Of a stretch of 64,000 bases of DNA, positions 61,972-64,000 are shown piece after piece. Location: NCBI RefSeq assembly GCF_009914755.1, contig NC_060948.1; one strand, given 5' to 3'. The number at the start of each line of letters is the position of its first letter. Within the stretch, counting starts at the first letter, position 1. Below the pieces are notes generated by a model. It saw nothing but the letters and a program-made list of their open reading frames with translations, did not search any database and was not told the DNA's origin. Source of the DNA: the human T2T-CHM13v2.0 reference genome, Homo sapiens. The translations under genes and the position numbers were made by a program.

Positions 61972-64000
61972 GTCACCGCCTTCAAATGGAAGGTACCATT
62001 TCCGGGCAAGTGGGTCACCGCCTTCGGTGGAAGGTACCATTCCCAGGCAAGTGGGTCACCGCCTTCAACAGAAGGTACCATTCCCGGCAAGTGGGTCACC
62101 GCCTTTGGTGGAAGGTACCATTCCCGGCAAGTGGCTCACCGCCTTCAATGGAAGGTACCATTCCCAGGCACGTGGGTCACCGCCTTCGGTGGAAGGTACC
62201 ATTCCCGGCAAGTGGCTCACCGCCTTCAACGGAAGGTACCATTTCCGGGCAAATGGGTCACCGCCTTCAATGGAAGGTACCATTTCCGGCAAGTGGGTCA
62301 CCGCCTTCAATGGAAGGTACCATTGCCGGGCAAATGGGTCACTGCCTTAGGTGGAAGATACCATTTCCGGGCAAGTGGGTCACCGCCTTCAATGGAAGGT
62401 ACCATTTCCGGCAAGTGGGTCACCACCTTCAATGGAAGGTACCATTCCCAGGCAAGTGGGTCACCGCCTTCAATGGAAGGTACCATTTCCGGGCAAGTGG
62501 GTCACGGCCTTTGGTGGAAGGTACCATTTCCGGGCAAGTGGGTCACCGCCTTCAATGGAAGGTACCATTCCCCGGGCAAGTGGGTCACCACCTTCGGTGG
62601 AAGGTACCATTCCCGGGCAAGTGGCTCACTGCCTTCAAATGGAAGGTACCATTTCCGGGCAAGGGGGTCACTGCCTTCGGTGGAAGGTACCATTCCCAGG
62701 CAAGTGGGTCACCGCCTTCAATGGAAGGTACCATTCCCAGGCACGTGGGTCACCGCCTTCAATGGAAGGTACCATTCCCAGGCACGTGGGTCACCGCCTT
62801 CGGTGGAAGGTACCATTCCCAGGCACGTGGGTCACCGCCTTCGGTGGAAGGTACCATTCCCAGGCACGTGGGTCACCGCCTTCGGTGGAAGGTACCATTC
62901 CCAGGCAAGTGGGTCACCGCCTTCAATGGAAGGTACCATTCCCAGGCACGTGGGTCACCGCCTTCAATGGAAGGTACCATTCCCAGGCAAGTGGGTCACC
63001 GCCTTAGGTGGAAGGTACCATTCCCAGGCAAGTGGGTCACCACCTTCAATGGAAGGTACCATTCCCAGGCAAGTGGGTCACCGCCTTCAATGGAAGGTAC
63101 CATTCCCAGGCAAGTGGGTCACCGCCTTAGGTGGAAGGTACCATTCCCAGGCAAGTGGGTCACTGCCTTCAATGGAAGGTACCATTCCCAGGCACGTGGG
63201 TCACTGCCTTCAATGGAAGGTACCATTCCCGGGCAAATGGGTCACCGCCTTCAATGGAAGGTACCATTCCCAGGCACGTGGGTCACCGCCTTCGGTGGAA
63301 GGTACCATTCCCAGGCAAGTGGGTCACCACCTTCAATGGAAGGTACCATTACCAGGCAAGTGGGTCACCGCCTTTGGTGGAAAGTACCATTCCCGGGCAA
63401 ATGGGTCACTGCCTTTGGTGGAAGGTACCATTTCCGGGCAAGTGGGTCACCGCCTTCGGTGGAAGGTACCATTTCCGGGCAAGTGGGTCACCGCCTTCGG
63501 TGGAAGGTACCATTCCCGGGCAAGTGGGTCACCGCCTTCAATGGAAGGTACCATTTCCGGGCAAATGGGTCACCGCCTTTGGTGGAAGGTACCATTTCCG
63601 GGCAAGTGGGTCACCGCCTTCAATGGAAGGTACCATTCCCAGGCAAGTGGGTCACCGCCTTCAATGGAAGGTACCATTTCCGGGCAAGTGGGTCACGGCC
63701 TTTGGTGGAAGGTACCATTTCCGGGCAAGTGGGTCACCGCCTTCAATGGAAGGTACCATTCCCAGGCAAGTGGGTCACCGCTTTCAATGGAAGGTACCAT
63801 TCCTAGGCACGTGGGTCACCGCCTTCAATGGAAGGTACCATTCCCAGGCACGTGGGTCACCGCCTTCGGTGGAAGGTACCATTCCCAGGCAAGTGGGTCA
63901 CCGCCTTCAATGGAAGGTACCATTTCCGGGCAAATGGGTCACCGCCTTTGGTGGAAGGTACCATTTCCGGGCAAGTGGGTCACCGCCTTCAATGGAAGGT
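61972..64000. repeat. GC-rich minisatellite, 41-bp unit, ~49 copies, running off the window end
   Basis: Unit CAAGTGGGTCACCGCCTTCAATGGAAGGTACCATTCCCAGG; a KpnI site in nearly every unit. Confidence 0.97.

Noticed and set aside
61945-61985. Minus-strand splice-donor-like GATT/GTAAGT just outside the VNTR
   Set aside because: Single motif with no identifiable acceptor or recognisable coding sequence; needs RNA data
61986-63806. 606-aa ORF
   Set aside because: It is the 41-bp VNTR read through cycling frames; the unit simply lacks stop codons and there is no domain or gene context
61972-64000. CRISPR-like appearance of the hairpin-containing repeat (also 19060-19507)
   Set aside because: Units are contiguous with no unique spacers, there are no cas genes and the DNA is primate

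Overview
Primate, human-like genomic DNA with no supportable protein-coding gene, RNA gene or CRISPR array. The long ORFs in the track are read-throughs of Alus, L1 fragments or simple/tandem repeats. The window holds about 50 Alus or Alu fragments, L1 fragments, MaLR LTRs (THE1/MST/MLT1), ERV LTRs (MLT2, MER74-like, an intact LTR2B-like solo LTR) and DNA-transposon fossils (MER82, MER20, MADE1). It also has many microsatellites and three minisatellites (33-, 44- and 41-bp units). Repeat family names come from recalled consensus sequences, not a database search. Tandem MLT1 copies, MER20-(TCTA)n arrays, recurrent TGTCATCCC Alu variants and dense VNTRs suggest the X/Y pseudoautosomal region PAR1 or adjacent Xp22.33; this is an inference. 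I do not see a new gene system. The strongest unexplained signal is a cluster of short-range templated rearrangements: two Alus flanked by ~140-160-bp direct repeats, neighbouring DNA copied into an L1 and a THE1 LTR, fold-back inversions, tandem duplications and chimeric Alus. A 14-copy VNTR whose unit resembles a heat-shock element is also notable.
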